This document shows positions 1-11,930 of a stretch of DNA of 64,000 nt, piece by piece. Source of the DNA: Epithemia pelagica (Eukaryota > Protista > Bacillariophyta); contig OX337234.1 in assembly GCA_946965045.2 (NCBI GenBank), positions 1,736,001 to 1,800,000 on the forward strand. The letters are read 5' to 3'. The notes below the pieces were generated by a model. That model was not told the DNA's origin. It saw only the letters and a program-made list of their open reading frames with translations, and did not search any database. A program made the translations under genes and the position numbers. Within the stretch, counting starts at the first letter, position 1, and each line of letters starts with the position of its first letter.

Positions 1-614
1 AACATGGGTTTCGTATGATTCTCTTGATAACACGTCCAAAAAGGTCTCACTGACACCACAATCCAACACGAAGCTATTCCAAAGTTGATTGCTACATGTC
101 CACGCTCCGCCATCCCTTCGGGCATCATTACTCTCACAGCGGGATAGCTTCCTTTTGAGACACCAATGACTAAACAGTGAATGCCTAATCTTGATTGAGT
201 GAATGCCTAATCTTGGTTGAGTGGCACGATCTCTTTTATCTGGGAAAAATGCAACCGATTCACTCAATGAAACGGAGAAGCCTGACCTTCGATTCATACG
301 AAGCATTTTGCTAGCTTGATAGGATTGATCTAGGCGCCTCTGCACCGTATTCTCCAACCTTTTTTCTTCTCGAATCACCGTATCGTCCACAATTTCCACT
401 TCACTATGTGTCTATTATAAGAAATACTTATCCAAACCATAGGTAACCTTCCATGAATAAGATTCTCACCTTCGTGATATATTCCTATTGGATCGGCATT
501 GTGGTTGTGCGTCAAGGAAGTCGTTGCACTGCTTTTTGGTATTGATATCACATATGTTTTCTTGTTTTTCTTGGTCCACATATTTCTGTGCTTAAAGGTT
601 ATTCCATGCAAAGC

Positions 615-874
615 ATATATATTTCCTGAATAAGTTTGCCGCGTTTTCCCGCCATTGGTATCTGTTCATGTTTGCTGGATGTAGTTGTGAAAAAATTCCT
701 GTTTTCTTTTTCATTGGTTGCGTGGAAAAGACAGGCTATAACCAATATATTTCCTAAATAAGTTTGCCGCGTTTTCCCGCCATTGGTATCTGTTCATGTT
801 TGCTGGATGTAGTTGTGAAAAAATTCCTGTTTTCTTTTTCATTGGTTGCGTGGAAAAGACAGGCTATAACCAAT
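615..874. repeat. Two-copy tandem duplication, ~128-bp unit
   Basis: Unit tttcct(g/a)aataagtttgccgcg...gacaggctataaccaatat starts at ~622 and again at ~750, near-identical. Confidence 0.9.
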
Positions 875-1110
875 ATCGCTATTGATCCACATGAATGAGA
901 ATCACGTTGAATACCGATCATTTTGTAGTCACGCACCAGTACCCACTTCTCCGTAACATTCTTTTTTCACATATCTTTGATGACGGCCGGCTTTGTGACG
1001 TTGTCCAATCCTTTATGTCCAAATTTCCAAAGCACAAACTTGGTTACACTGGACCAAGTCTTATGATTCGTCTTTTCCATTCCATCATAGACAATAGTCC
1101 ATTTCTCATG
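754..1110 (-). pseudogene. Ulp1/C48-like cysteine protease relic
   Basis: ORF 754..936 contains GIQRDSHSCGSIAIL (Q-x-D-x-x-S-C-G, like the C48 catalytic Cys motif). An upstream minus frame gives KWTIVYDG (~1083-1105), like the catalytic Asp strand. Broken by stops. Confidence 0.45.
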
Positions 1111-1321
1111 GAGTATTACTTGCAATATGAGCATTTTGTTCTAAGGAGCATATAGTAAAGGTCCAGGAGGATATCCAGACATTCGTGAAAGATATGCCAC
1201 TGATTGCCGAAGAACTAAAGGAAATATGGGCGAAGTCAGAAGTTATAATCCAACTGAACTCAAGAGAAGTATCAGGATGAGCACTACCTATATAGTAAGA
1301 AAGGGGAGTTTAGAGTACCCC

Positions 1322-1396
1322 GGGTATGGTACAGTGGTAGTAGATGACTGGCCTTAGGTCAAGGCACTGGGTTCGATTCCCGGTTGCCCACTTTTT
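1322..1396 (+). ncRNA. tRNA-like cloverleaf (tRNA pseudogene or tRNA-derived SINE head) with Pol III terminator
   Basis: A-box TGGTACAGTGG; T-arm CTGGG-TTCGATT-CCCGG; anticodon stem TGACT/GGTCA with atypical loop GGCCTTA; imperfect acceptor GGGTA/TGCCC; TTTTT at 1392-1396. Confidence 0.6.
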
Positions 1397-3833
1397 AAGG
1401 GTATTTCTAGACTATTCTAGCCTAGCTATGTCGTGTATGTTCATTCCTGCTGTTAAGAAGCAGCCTACACTCTGTACACTTCGACCTTAGAACCGCTACC
1501 AAAGCCCAACGAAAGGAATATGCGAGGGTGGCGGCTGCCAAAGAGAGGAGGCAAACAGGCCGAGTGGGCCCCGAATTTACAGAGCAGGAGAAAAATTTGC
1601 TTGAGACGTCGTTGGATAGTGCCGAGGGAGGGAGCCCATCGAAGCGATGTCGGGTAAGTTTGCCGAAAAAGAAAAAGGCACCCCCAAAAAGTCCGGCAAT
1701 GGAGAAGACAGAGAAAGGGAAGGGTGGCACGACGGTCGTGGATGTGACTGTGGTGGCGAGACGATTCGACCGGTCGGACTATCAAGGGCAACTCACGCGG
1801 GTTGGACAACGAAAGTGAGTAGACTCAGGCAGAGGACACTGTGAGCTACAGATATGATGGGGAACGAGATAAGGGAGATGGAGGAATTGATTGCGGAATT
1901 TAACCATATGGCCGGGAGGCAGGCGGAGATAGTGGAGGTGATGGAAAAACTGGGGCGGATGGCAGAACAACAGGTGGAGATTGCAGACCGACTGAACCAG
2001 CTGAAGATTGCGAGCAAGGAGAGGTTGCAGTGAGCAAGAGACTAGGCGGTAGGGGGAGCGGCCATGGAGGCGGTGTGGAGCCGCGCAAACGGGGAGGATG
2101 TGTCACCACGCAACCGCTGGGTTGGCGAGTTGGGAGGAAGTCAGTAGGCGGTGCGAGTCCTTGTGGGCGACGAATAAGTCATGATGCTCAGCAGCCACCT
2201 CAGAGGTTGAACCCCACACTCTTTGCATGGTTTCTGTGAACAACTTCATGTTTATAATCGTCAGCCGATGGGAAGAGTTGCTGCTTGTTCTTTGCTTTCT
2301 TGTACACTGGGTCTTCCTTAGGATCACAAAAGTGTCTATTAGCCTCACCTTGGAGACCATAGCACATGGCTTCAAGGGTCGTCTCTTGTTGTTGGTCATC
2401 GCTGTTATGATAATGTTGCTCACAGACTGATACCACTGAAAGCAGCTGTCGGTTACTGTCAGCAGGGGTGCTTTGGTGGTCGACTGTTCCCTTGCAACAT
2501 TTCTTGCAGTTATTGCAAGGGAAGGGTCCAATCTGTTATATTGTGGTGAAGACGAAGAGTCTAAGGTTGGGATTGTTGCAGCGTCATTTCCACTGGCCCA
2601 TGGCATCAAGTTTCACCATCTGCTTTTCTTTTCGATTCCAATGCATCCACAATGCACCCTCGGGCTCTGATGGAGTGCCATCATTGAAGTAGATATTACA
2701 CAGATGGAGACCTGGAGGAAAGACAATGTCATAGGTCTTTTTATTCGTCGCTTGTTGTTGATGAAAGGACTGTACATTGGCCTGGTGCACAGCCACGCTT
2801 TCAAGGTCCGATGTTCCAGGCAGGTACAAATCAGTAGTGCAATCCATTATTTCGTGCGACAGCTTTGGGACCGAAAAGAACATTCTTTTCCATGGGTGAC
2901 ACACGACCTGTGTAGCGCCCATGTGTGAAATCAACTGGGTTGATAGAACACCTTGACTGCCGAGAGAAGCTTTTCCTCCAAGACAGATCCTCTGTCATCT
3001 GTAATCTCGTACAGTGACGACTCGACCAATTCAACATAGAAAGGCCCGTGTATAGTCGTCTCAGGCTCCCAGACAAACCTTTGGTATATGCCTGCAATAG
3101 AACAAGATAGGTAAATCCTCCATCAAGTCCAAGTCAAAACCCGTCAAGCATCGCTTTGTCAGCCACAAGGAGAAGAATCATCCAGCTCCAAAGTGTTCTC
3201 GTTTTGGTTTTTTTTGCTTCCTACACAGACGAGACAGAGAGTGTGTATGTGGAAAAGTCACTGTGTGTGTTATCGATATACCTTTTTTGAATCTCTCGTC
3301 CATGAGATTGATGTCAAACAATCTGGGTGAATCAACTCCAAAAATTTTTTTGAATTATTGAAACAATCATCTAAGAATGGTACGTCAAGAGAAAAGCGTT
3401 GTTGAGTCGACAATAGTAATCAAAGACTCATTTTATGGTTGTCTTATTGCCACTAAAGTCTGTTATCCGATCAATAAAGTAGCCTCTTCCTATTATACGG
3501 AATGGAGACATTAAACCCCGCCGATTTCACCATACAGTGGAAAGGCCACCAACCATATCCGTCGCCACGGCATCACACAATTTGCCAGTTGCTTCCCGAG
3601 ACAATGAATCTAATCAAGCAACCAATACTCGATCGGAAGAGTTGTCGGATGAAAATCAAGATTTGGACAGACCAAGAGTCCTGTTGGAATACCCCCGAAA
3701 TTTCTTCAATCAAGAAACTGGTGTAGGGCCCACGACTGAAGAACAGGCATGTCTCTTTTGAATTGTTAAGTGGATGACACGCATAACGGAACTCACGAAT
3801 GCCACGACAACTGATGGTCAAGATAACCCGGTA

Positions 3834-4115
3834 CCACCCAAGAAGGTGTCAAGTCTTGCTGACTGGGAAAGCCACAACGGAATGTTGCTCGAATACCTGG
3901 CCAAGCATTGTAACCCGACAACAGCGGTGCCACTTACCTACGTAGTGCGTGAACAGTCCGACGTAGCGGACGAGGCACTAGGCAAAACCTATGACACCAT
4001 TGATGATGATCTCATTGCTACGACGAAGCATGAGGGGGATCGGTACAAGGTCGATCGACGTCGTGTCTATGAACTGTACTATCCCATCATCTTTGATGGA
4101 CCAGCTTGGACCTTC
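3834..4115 (+). pseudogene. Ty1/copia gag fragment
   Basis: PLTYVVREQSDVADEALGKTYDTIDDDLIA in ORF 3774..4340 is nearly the same peptide as the start of the copia ORF at 11931 (PLTYILREQSDVPDEARGKTYDTIDDDLIA). Confidence 0.75.
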
Positions 4116-5151
4116 GTGCCACATTCCTGTTGTGTATGGGCGACTGGCCCAAGTAGACACCCACTCTGGCTCGATTCTCCCATTTGTTGTATGGCTTGTT
4201 GCTTTGTAATCGTTTGTCCAACACGTAGACCGGGCACCCGAAGGGCTTCCAATGCCTTTTGTTGGTGTTTACTGCCGTTTGGGAGAAGAGTTGGAGTGGT
4301 GATTGTTTCGATTTGTGTTGCATGTTTGGTGACGCGTTGATACAATCGTTTGCATGGCGTACTATGTAGTATGGCCACAAGTTGGCCGTTATTGCCTGCA
4401 AGTTGGCCGTTATTGCCTGCGGCCATCGCTTGTTCGCGTGCAGGAGCATCGTACGCACCATTCCTTGTAGTTCCCTTATCCTGCGTTCCGCCTTGCCATT
4501 GGAATGATGAGCGCCCACAGCGGCGAAAGTGAGGTCCTGCCCCTGGTAGTGGCATGCCTTCACCCATCCGTGTGCCTTGAAGATGCCATTATTGGCATGG
4601 TAGGCATGCATAGTCACTCCTCTGTTGATGGCGTATCGTTCGAAGGCTCGCTTCCCTTGTAGCGTTTCTTCTACGGTTGAGGTCTTTTGTAGGAACACAA
4701 AGCCCAGCGACGTTGCTTGGTCGACGTAGACCGTTGCGTATTTGTATCGTTGTTTCGTTATGAAGCCCGTCATTTGGGCTACCAATCCTAGTGTTGGGGA
4801 CACCAATTGGTCGATCGATACTACCATTCCTGGCTTGCTTGGTGGTTCTTTGTTCGTCCATTCTTTTGACGATCTTGTTCGCCATGCCCTTATTTGTGGC
4901 CTTGTCGTATTGGCATGCCGAACAAACTGGTATGTGGCATTTTGCCAATCGCTTTGGGAGGATTCCGTCCTTGGCCATTTGTTGCAGCTTGGTGAAGGGC
5001 AAGTGCCCGAAATCATAGTGATATCGGAGCAGTTCCACTTCTGTCGTTGGATGTCGTTCCTCCTCGTGCGGGATGATGTCTGGTGGAGGTGGACGCCGAC
5101 ACATGTCGTAGTGCACAATAGATTTCCACCGTACAGGTCAGTTCGAGCCAC
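4116..5151 (-). pseudogene. Ty1/copia integrase fragment (HHCC + DDE core), frameshifted
   Basis: LRYHYDFGHLPF...CSACQY (ORF 4589..5116) shifts into VSIDQLVSP, YHANNGIF (D changed to N), NGKAERRIREL, FGCPVYVLD, KWENRARVGVYLG (ORF 4087..5151). A 21-bp duplication gives QAITANL twice. Confidence 0.9.
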
Positions 5152-5172
5152 CCGGGATAGTGCTATCTGTCG

Positions 5173-5950
5173 TCACCCAATAACAGCCAATGCCAAACCT
5201 GAGAAGGTATAACTCTCTGGCTTACTCAACACATAGCCAATCATTGCTGCAACCTTCTCTCTCTTATGTGTCGGGACCCTGAGACACGGCGTTGATCGGC
5301 TGTCAAGAATGAACCCCGTATACTCTTGGATCTGCCGAGGAGGCTTCAATTTCTTCGGGTGACAAAGCATCCCCACTCGTACAGTTGCGTCCAAGAAAAA
5401 GGTCAACGCCGCCGCCGTGCTCTCGTAGTCGGGCCCATTTAGTTTGAAAGCATCTACATGGACCCACAATCGTACCGCGGGTGCCCGATTTGGCCAAAGC
5501 ATGACAATCCCATACCCCAGGCCTGGGGTATACCCTTCTCCGCGAAAACCAGTCCACCAACAATCTGCCTTTGTACGGCGGCCAAATATTTCGTGCTGTT
5601 CTTTCAAAAGTCGAAGGAAAGCTAACCCATACCGTCCTGCCAACGCAGGAGAGTTCGTTGCGCCCATGGGAAGGCCTCCGTAGACGTATAACAGTCCACT
5701 GATTGGGTGCAAGGTTCCCATATAGGGTTGGTCCAGCAGATGTGTCTTGAATTGATAAAAATATTTCCATGCATTTACCACTGCTGTATATCCCCTGGGT
5801 ACATTTGTGACAGGATGTGCGCAGTGCGGTTCAAATAGACTGGGTCCCCGACACTCACGTCGTTCTGCCCTCCCTCTTTCATATTACAGATTATCCTGTA
5901 TTCCCCGGGCTGACCGGGTTTAGGGATGGCTCAGCTGGGGCTGGAGAAGA
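5173..5950 (-). pseudogene. DIRS/Ngaro-type reverse transcriptase fragment
   Basis: AIPKPGQPGEYRIICNMKEGGQN...DPVYL (manual translation ~5840-5945) then, after a frameshift, VVNAWKYFYQF, GLPMGATNSPA, WVHVDAF, QEYTGFILDS. Confidence 0.8.
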
Positions 5951-7009
5951 GGAAAGCACCACTGATGGCCGGTTGATTGTCGACCGTGGTGTGTTGCTCT
6001 TTCAACGAACCTTTGTGTCTCAATTCAACCCAAATGTACTCTCAACTCGCCTATTTAGTCGCGATCGAAAGGATGATTCGATTCAAACAATCAACTTGAG
6101 AATGTGATTCTTCGCTCGAGCAGTGGCAGAGTGATCAAAAGCAGGATTGTCATGAATACAACCCACTCACTCAACACAGTGATGACAATGGATCCAATGG
6201 CTGTCACTGTGAAGATGAGTGTTGTGGGAGCAACGACTCTCTTGAACCTAATCAACCAGAAGCTTTGTCACCACATGAAGCACAAGGACGACCAGCTTGC
6301 TTCCAACATGATCGCGGTAAAGAAGCTTAACTTGTAGAGCGAGAGTATAATACTTTTCGCGGCGTTTCTGCATGTAGAAAGGAGCGAGCAAAATCCACGC
6401 GAAAGGGGGCAACTGGGTAGCGGGAGGATTCAATGGCTGCCGCGAGAAGATTGACGGCAGCGACCTCAGCTGCGGCGGCACGATTATCAGTTCCTGCGTA
6501 GAGGAAAACTTGTCGAAGCCGGTCGCTATTTAAATGACTGGGTGTGTGGAGGTGCAAGACGGGCGACGAGTTGTGTAGGGTAGGTTTGGATGGGATCAAC
6601 AAGGAGCAGTTTGGTAGGGAGGGCAATGATTCAGAGAAATGCCCATTGGACGACATGAGGGGGCAACTGTTCGGTGTCTTGGTAAAGGAAACGATCGTAG
6701 GTGAATTGCCCCAGTTCTTTGGCAACTTGGCGGATGGTGGGATGATAGGCGGAAGGGGCCAGAGAAGAATGGACATACTATAGTCTCGTACTGGTAAACC
6801 AGGTAGGGTTATCAATTAGAAGGCACCATGGGGAGCTTGGGGTGTCTACCAATGGGGTGTCCCAAGCTTGACGTTGTGTGGCCAGCAGATTAAATGTCTG
6901 GGATTGGTAGGAGGTGGCCGGGGATGGGTGATAACGTGGTGGAGCTTGGGCAGGGTAAGGATTTTGTTGGGGAATTATTGGTGAGGCGTTGGAATAGCCG
7001 GCTGGAGAA

Positions 7010-7150
7010 CTGGAGTGGGAAAGGTGCAGGGAGAAGGGTGTTGGGGAGGGACTTGGGACTGTGGCTGTGGGAGAGTTAGGGTAACCTGGAGTGGGAAAGG
7101 TGTGGGGAGAAGGGTGTTGGGGAGGGACTTGGGACTGTGGCTGCGGGAGA
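7010..7150. repeat. Two-copy tandem duplication, 76-bp G-rich unit
   Basis: ctggagtgggaaaggtg...gggacttgggactgtggctg at 7010 and 7086. Confidence 0.85.
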
Positions 7151-8365
7151 GGTTGCGGGAGAGGTTGCGGGGGAGGAATGACGATGGGTTGATCCTCCCT
7201 GCCTGATCAGCTACACCCAGCTTGTTTGTTCTCTCCTTCTGGTTTATTCAACAACTCTGTTCCTGCCACTGCCTACCCTAACCAGTACAACTACAACCCT
7301 TTCCTTGGTTGCAACCCTTTCCTTGGTTGACGATAGCGATAGCCCCACCCCTCCAAGAAGTCTCTATAGTAATGAAGGACTTCTAACAAATAGGGAAAAG
7401 CTTAAAGCAATGTTTTTAGGAGTCAATCTACAAACAGACTAGATTGACCCACCTGAAGAACTACATACTTGCTACATTGTGTATGGTGAACACTAGTAAA
7501 GTAACAAATATCTCAACTGGTTGTGAACCAAAACAAGGCTAATCAACTCATTATGCTTCCTTCTCTATCTGAGTACTTGATCACAGGTGGACAACGCGAC
7601 AAGGTGACCGTGCAGTCACCCCGCCAAGGATCCAACCACGGCCGACGAAGTATCCCCTTCATCCAGTGGCTTCGGCAGTTTTGACTGGGTAACTGACCAT
7701 GACACTCAAGCCCAACAGGAAACTAAATGAAACCTGTTACCTGGCTCTTGTATGCAGCCATGGATCTGGTGTGATAGGTCCTCAAATGGAGACAGAGGGG
7801 ATGCATGCACTGTATGGTGCTCTTGATTGTTTTGGGTTGCAGCAGTGACTCCCCTTCAGGAGGCATTGAGACATCAGGGGAACTCCAAGTCAGAATAGTT
7901 TGCCCTGGTGTGGAAATATTTGATGAGGAAGTCCTTCTTTCCTCCTTGTTTATCATTACCTCTTGAGTCTTGGCAGGGTTCGTCCCACGAGACAAATCCG
8001 TAGCAGTCAAGGTGAAGGGGAAGTCCTTTGGACTTATAGAATTTCTGAATTGAATTTCTGAATTGAATTTCTGAAGAAATGCATTCTTCCCGTGTCCACG
8101 TTTGCAAACTTGGCAGCGACACACAAAAAGATCAAGCTGCTTATGGCCATCCCTTTTGACCTTCTTGCAAAAGGTACAATAGTACTAAGGGCTCTTCACC
8201 ATTGAATGGTCTATTTTAGTCCACACAAAAGTTCACACACAGCATCTAGATATATAATACTAGACATTGTATTAGGCACAGAAGAGCTGATCAGCCTAAC
8301 CTACCATCACGGTCCCCCTTCACTAGTAGATATTGGAGTGCATGTATTGCTCAAGAGCCATTACC

Positions 8366-8598
8366 GGGGACATCCATCCCACTGAAACATCCACTTCTTG
8401 CAAATTAATATCACCTCTTACCAAATAGGAAAAGCTTTAAGCAACATCCTAAACAAGTCAATCTAGTTTTTCAATCTAGTTGGGGACATCCATCCTACTG
8501 AAACATTCACTTCTTGCAGATTAATATCACTTCTTACCAAATAGGAAAAGCTTTAAGCAACATCCTAAACAAGTCAATCAAGTTTTTCAATCTAGTTT
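8366..8598. repeat. Two-copy tandem duplication, ~116-bp unit
   Basis: ggggacatccatcc...aacaagtcaatc..gtttttcaatctagtt at 8366 and 8482; a diverged partial copy lies near 7381-7430. Confidence 0.85.
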
Positions 8599-9154
8599 AG
8601 TGTAAAAGGTGAGACCACCATTGTTCATAAAACAGAACTGGATTGCCCTATGAAACAAATGAGTGTGTCTTGATGATATCAATAACTAGTTCATGAACAA
8701 GAACACTTCAACTGTAACAAGAATACAAACAAGAAAAAGCTCTAGGGTACAATGTCCAAGTAAACAAAGAAAGCAAGGTGACTCGAGCGGGCACCCAAGC
8801 AACAAGTCCACTATCACTCTCATTTTCCCCAAAAAATATTTATCCCATAGGTTTATAGTTTCTTTTCTTCTTCTTTTTGACCAGACTAGATTGGTCAGTC
8901 ATATTTCTAGGCTGTTGTTTGATTGCTGTTTTCTTTTGCAACATGGCAGTTTGCCATTTCTGGGAATCATAGGATAGTTGACTGTTTATATTACGTCAGA
9001 TGGGCTATGGTCTACAACTGATGGTTTTTCATTCCAGTCCTTTCCATATACAATGAGGAGAGTATTTGTGGGCAGATGGGGGAAGATATACAATGCATTC
9101 ATGTGAAAGCCATTCTTGTAAAAATTGTTACAGCACCATCCTTGATGGCAAAAA

Positions 9155-9775
9155 CCCCGTGACCGCAAAGAGCTCCTAACCGACAATATACTGCAGTGCC
9201 TACAATCTATTGCACTTAAGTCCAACCCAACTACCCTTCCAGCCACTCTCTTCGACTGGGTTTGTCTTGGACTGTTCACTGGTTCCCGCGCCAGTGAGTT
9301 CACTCAAACCAGCGTCACCAAATATCGCTTTGCTCCTGTGCCCAACTGCCCTACAGTGCCACAGTGGACTGGTCTACCCATTGCTTTCATTGCCTCCGAT
9401 TTTGCCTTCCTCACGTACACTGATACCGTGATTCCGTTCTTTCACGCCCCTGAAACAGACGTTACAAAAATCACCGCCGTCCAAATCCGCTTTCGTCATG
9501 ATAAAAGCGCGAATAACTTCACCAAGAGTATCTTTTCTCGCTCCAATCACCCCATTCTCTGCCCGGTCCTTGCCGCTCTCTCCATCTCCCGCCGCACCGT
9601 TTCCCTCAACCTGGGTGCACATCTACCCCTTGCTTTGTATTACGACCGCAAACGAAAACTTGCATACCTCCGCTCTACCGATATCGTCACGGCCCTACGA
9701 GCGGCCTGCCTCACGGCACACCCCAATCCATCTAACTATCACCGACTTCATGCCCACCTCCTTGTGTGTACTCTT
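9155..9775 (+). pseudogene. Tyrosine recombinase fragment (DIRS/Ngaro-type)
   Basis: Frame-corrected FVLGLFTGSRASEF (box I, catalytic R) at ~9260-9300, then IRFRHDKSANN and HPILCPVLA in ORF 9338..9781; truncated before the H-x-x-R/Y box. Confidence 0.75.
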
Positions 9776-10074
9776 CAGTGAACGTATTACATACATCAAT
9801 TATTTAGAAGTGTACTACTCAGTGAACGTATAGCTAACGTCAGTTAGTTACAAGTCACTGTGGTCGATCGGATGAGAAAATCAGACTATGCAATATGAAA
9901 ATGTTCAACTTCTCTTCACTTGACACTCCGAATGCTTGTCAATGTGCTGCTTCAGGTGGCACTTACCCAGTTGTCCCTCCAAGCTTCATCATTGTGATCT
10001 AAAGATGTGTCCATTTGATCATCATTGTTCTCCAAAGTCATGTCCATTTGAAAAGAACATCCGCTTCATCTTTA

Positions 10075-10215
10075 TCATTGTAGGACATGTTGTCATCATG
10101 GCCAGGTTCCATGATATTGTCAAATGTGACAATCATTGTCAGTGTGAATTCAACATGGTTGTCTGCGTCTCCACAAAGGAATTCCTTGTGAGAGATGGGG
10201 GTAGTCAAGGAACCT
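10075..10215 (-). repeat. Dispersed inverted repeat of 16918-17058
   Basis: Both encode TTPISHxxFLCGxxDNHVEFTLTMIVTFDNxxEPxxxDxMSYND (ORFs 10038..10241 - and 16649..17287 +). Confidence 0.85.
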
Positions 10216-10666
10216 GCCAATTTATTCCAATCCAATACCAAAATTTATTTCAATCCAATACCAATCACAAAGTCTTATACATCCGTCCATTTGTGCATCT
10301 TGGCTTTGCGCCAGCTTCTGAGGAATAGTCCCCGACTTTAAGGTCAGTGTTTGCCCTATCCCATTTATTGGTGGATAACCCTGAGGGGAACCACCGTTTC
10401 ATGCTTTTCTGTGTCAGAGTGTTGAACAACAGATGGGCATGACAGTGACACAGACACCTCATGCAACCACAGCAGCCGGACCATCCTCTGTGGCACGGCC
10501 AGCTCTACCAAGGAATCCATATGCAAAGAAAGCATTCAAGTAGATAGTATTAAGTAAGTAGTTACTGTGTGTCGGTGTAAAGACCATCATCAAAAGACCC
10601 ATCGAAGAGTCATCTCACAAAAAAATCTAATCACGTCTCACCAAAAATATTAGGCCCAAAGAAGGG

Positions 10667-11130
10667 TCATTTCACACAAAAAGCTGACCCAGTCACACTT
10701 GTCTCATCATTAGGCTTGTTCCTCTTCTTGTTGTGTGAGGAGACCGCTCCAACTCCTCGACGTTTATCACGTCTCTCTCGAGCATCTCTGACTTGTTGTC
10801 TTTCTTCTCCGGTCAATTTGGCCCACTCATTGGGTTTTGGTTCTATTGTTCTTGCCCTTTCCTTTATTTGGAGTGGCATTCACCGACAAGATGCGAGCTT
10901 GCTTATGGCTTCCAGCACCAAGAACCCTTGCTGAAGTTCGAAGCATTTTCAAAGGTTGCACGTAGTGTTGGAGTTGCGAGGATCTGATTCTTCGCACTTT
11001 CCAGCGTTGGATCGTTCCCTCCTGTCATAAGGAGGCGCGCTTTGCGTTCTTCACGAACAATCTCTCCAGTGGATTCCAAAACAGTAAAAGCAGGGTAAAC
11101 GGGTAGACTGAAGATCGGGATCAGGGTGCT
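10667..11130 (-). pseudogene. Copia gag-like fragments
   Basis: EERKARLLMTG.NDPTLESAKNQILATPTLRATFENASNF and EWAKLTGEERQQVRDARERR...VGAVSS resemble the gag C-terminal region of diatom-type copia; recognition by eye. Confidence 0.55.
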
Positions 11131-11214
11131 CAATTCAAGTAGCAAGGACTCGTAGGACATAGGGAGAAGATGCCCCAAGATGGTTTGATGTCAGTGTCCA
11201 AAGGTGCAGAGGCA

Positions 11215-11380
11215 CTGTATATGTAAGAGGCCCTGTTTGACAAAGAGATCCGGTATCGCCAGCCCTTGGAGAGTGTGTGGTGCATGAACTAACGCTCGGG
11301 GGAAATGCCGGTTCACCTGAATATGTGGCAGAGCCACCTTCAGCAAGGACCTTGTAAGACTGTCACTCAGCACGCTCACA
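11215..11380 (-). pseudogene. Non-LTR (LINE) ORF2 post-RT fragment
   Basis: LLKVALPHIQVNRHFPRALVHAPHTLQGLAIPDLFVKQGLLHI: the P-x-x-x-x-G-L-x-I motif typical of the LINE RT thumb/C-terminal region. Confidence 0.6.
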
Positions 11381-11930
11381 GGGGCGACTGGTACTGTGGC
11401 CGGTTCTACTGTCAATCGCGCTGACCTTGATGCCGCAGTCGCAAACGTTGCTCGCTCTGTGGATCAGTCGCTTTGCAATCTTGTGGAGCATTTCTCTTGA
11501 TGGGGCGGCCGCTGGGTGGCGTCTTCGGACGGTCCATCTGGTGTAGGCCGACCCTATCATTGCTATGGTCCCAGGAGGGAAACCTGGGAGACCTGTCTAG
11601 TCTCATCCTTGCTCGACTGTGCGCTCATGAGGGGGATGGGGGATCTATTTTGGCTTTGCCTACCGTGTTTATTTCTATTCTATGTCGCTTTGTTTGCTGG
11701 CCTTTGTTGTGTCATGAGCTTTATCGAGCAAGCCTCCAAACGTGAAGAGTGGCATTAGACGTCCCAATAAGGTTGAGGTTGACGACTTGAGTTTGTGAAT
11801 GACTGTACTCCAATCCAGTCCTGCCAGGTATGCATCGTTCAACAAATCACGCTTCACTTTTGCTCGCATGTATGACTCCGATTCGTGGGAAAAGTGAGGA
11901 GCTGGAGTTGGCGGTGAAGGCGATGTATCT

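Noticed and set aside
1528-2031. Possible two-exon host gene (basic ORF, GTGAGT...TACAG, coiled-coil ORF)
   Set aside because: The implied intron is only ~37 nt and no family is recognisable.
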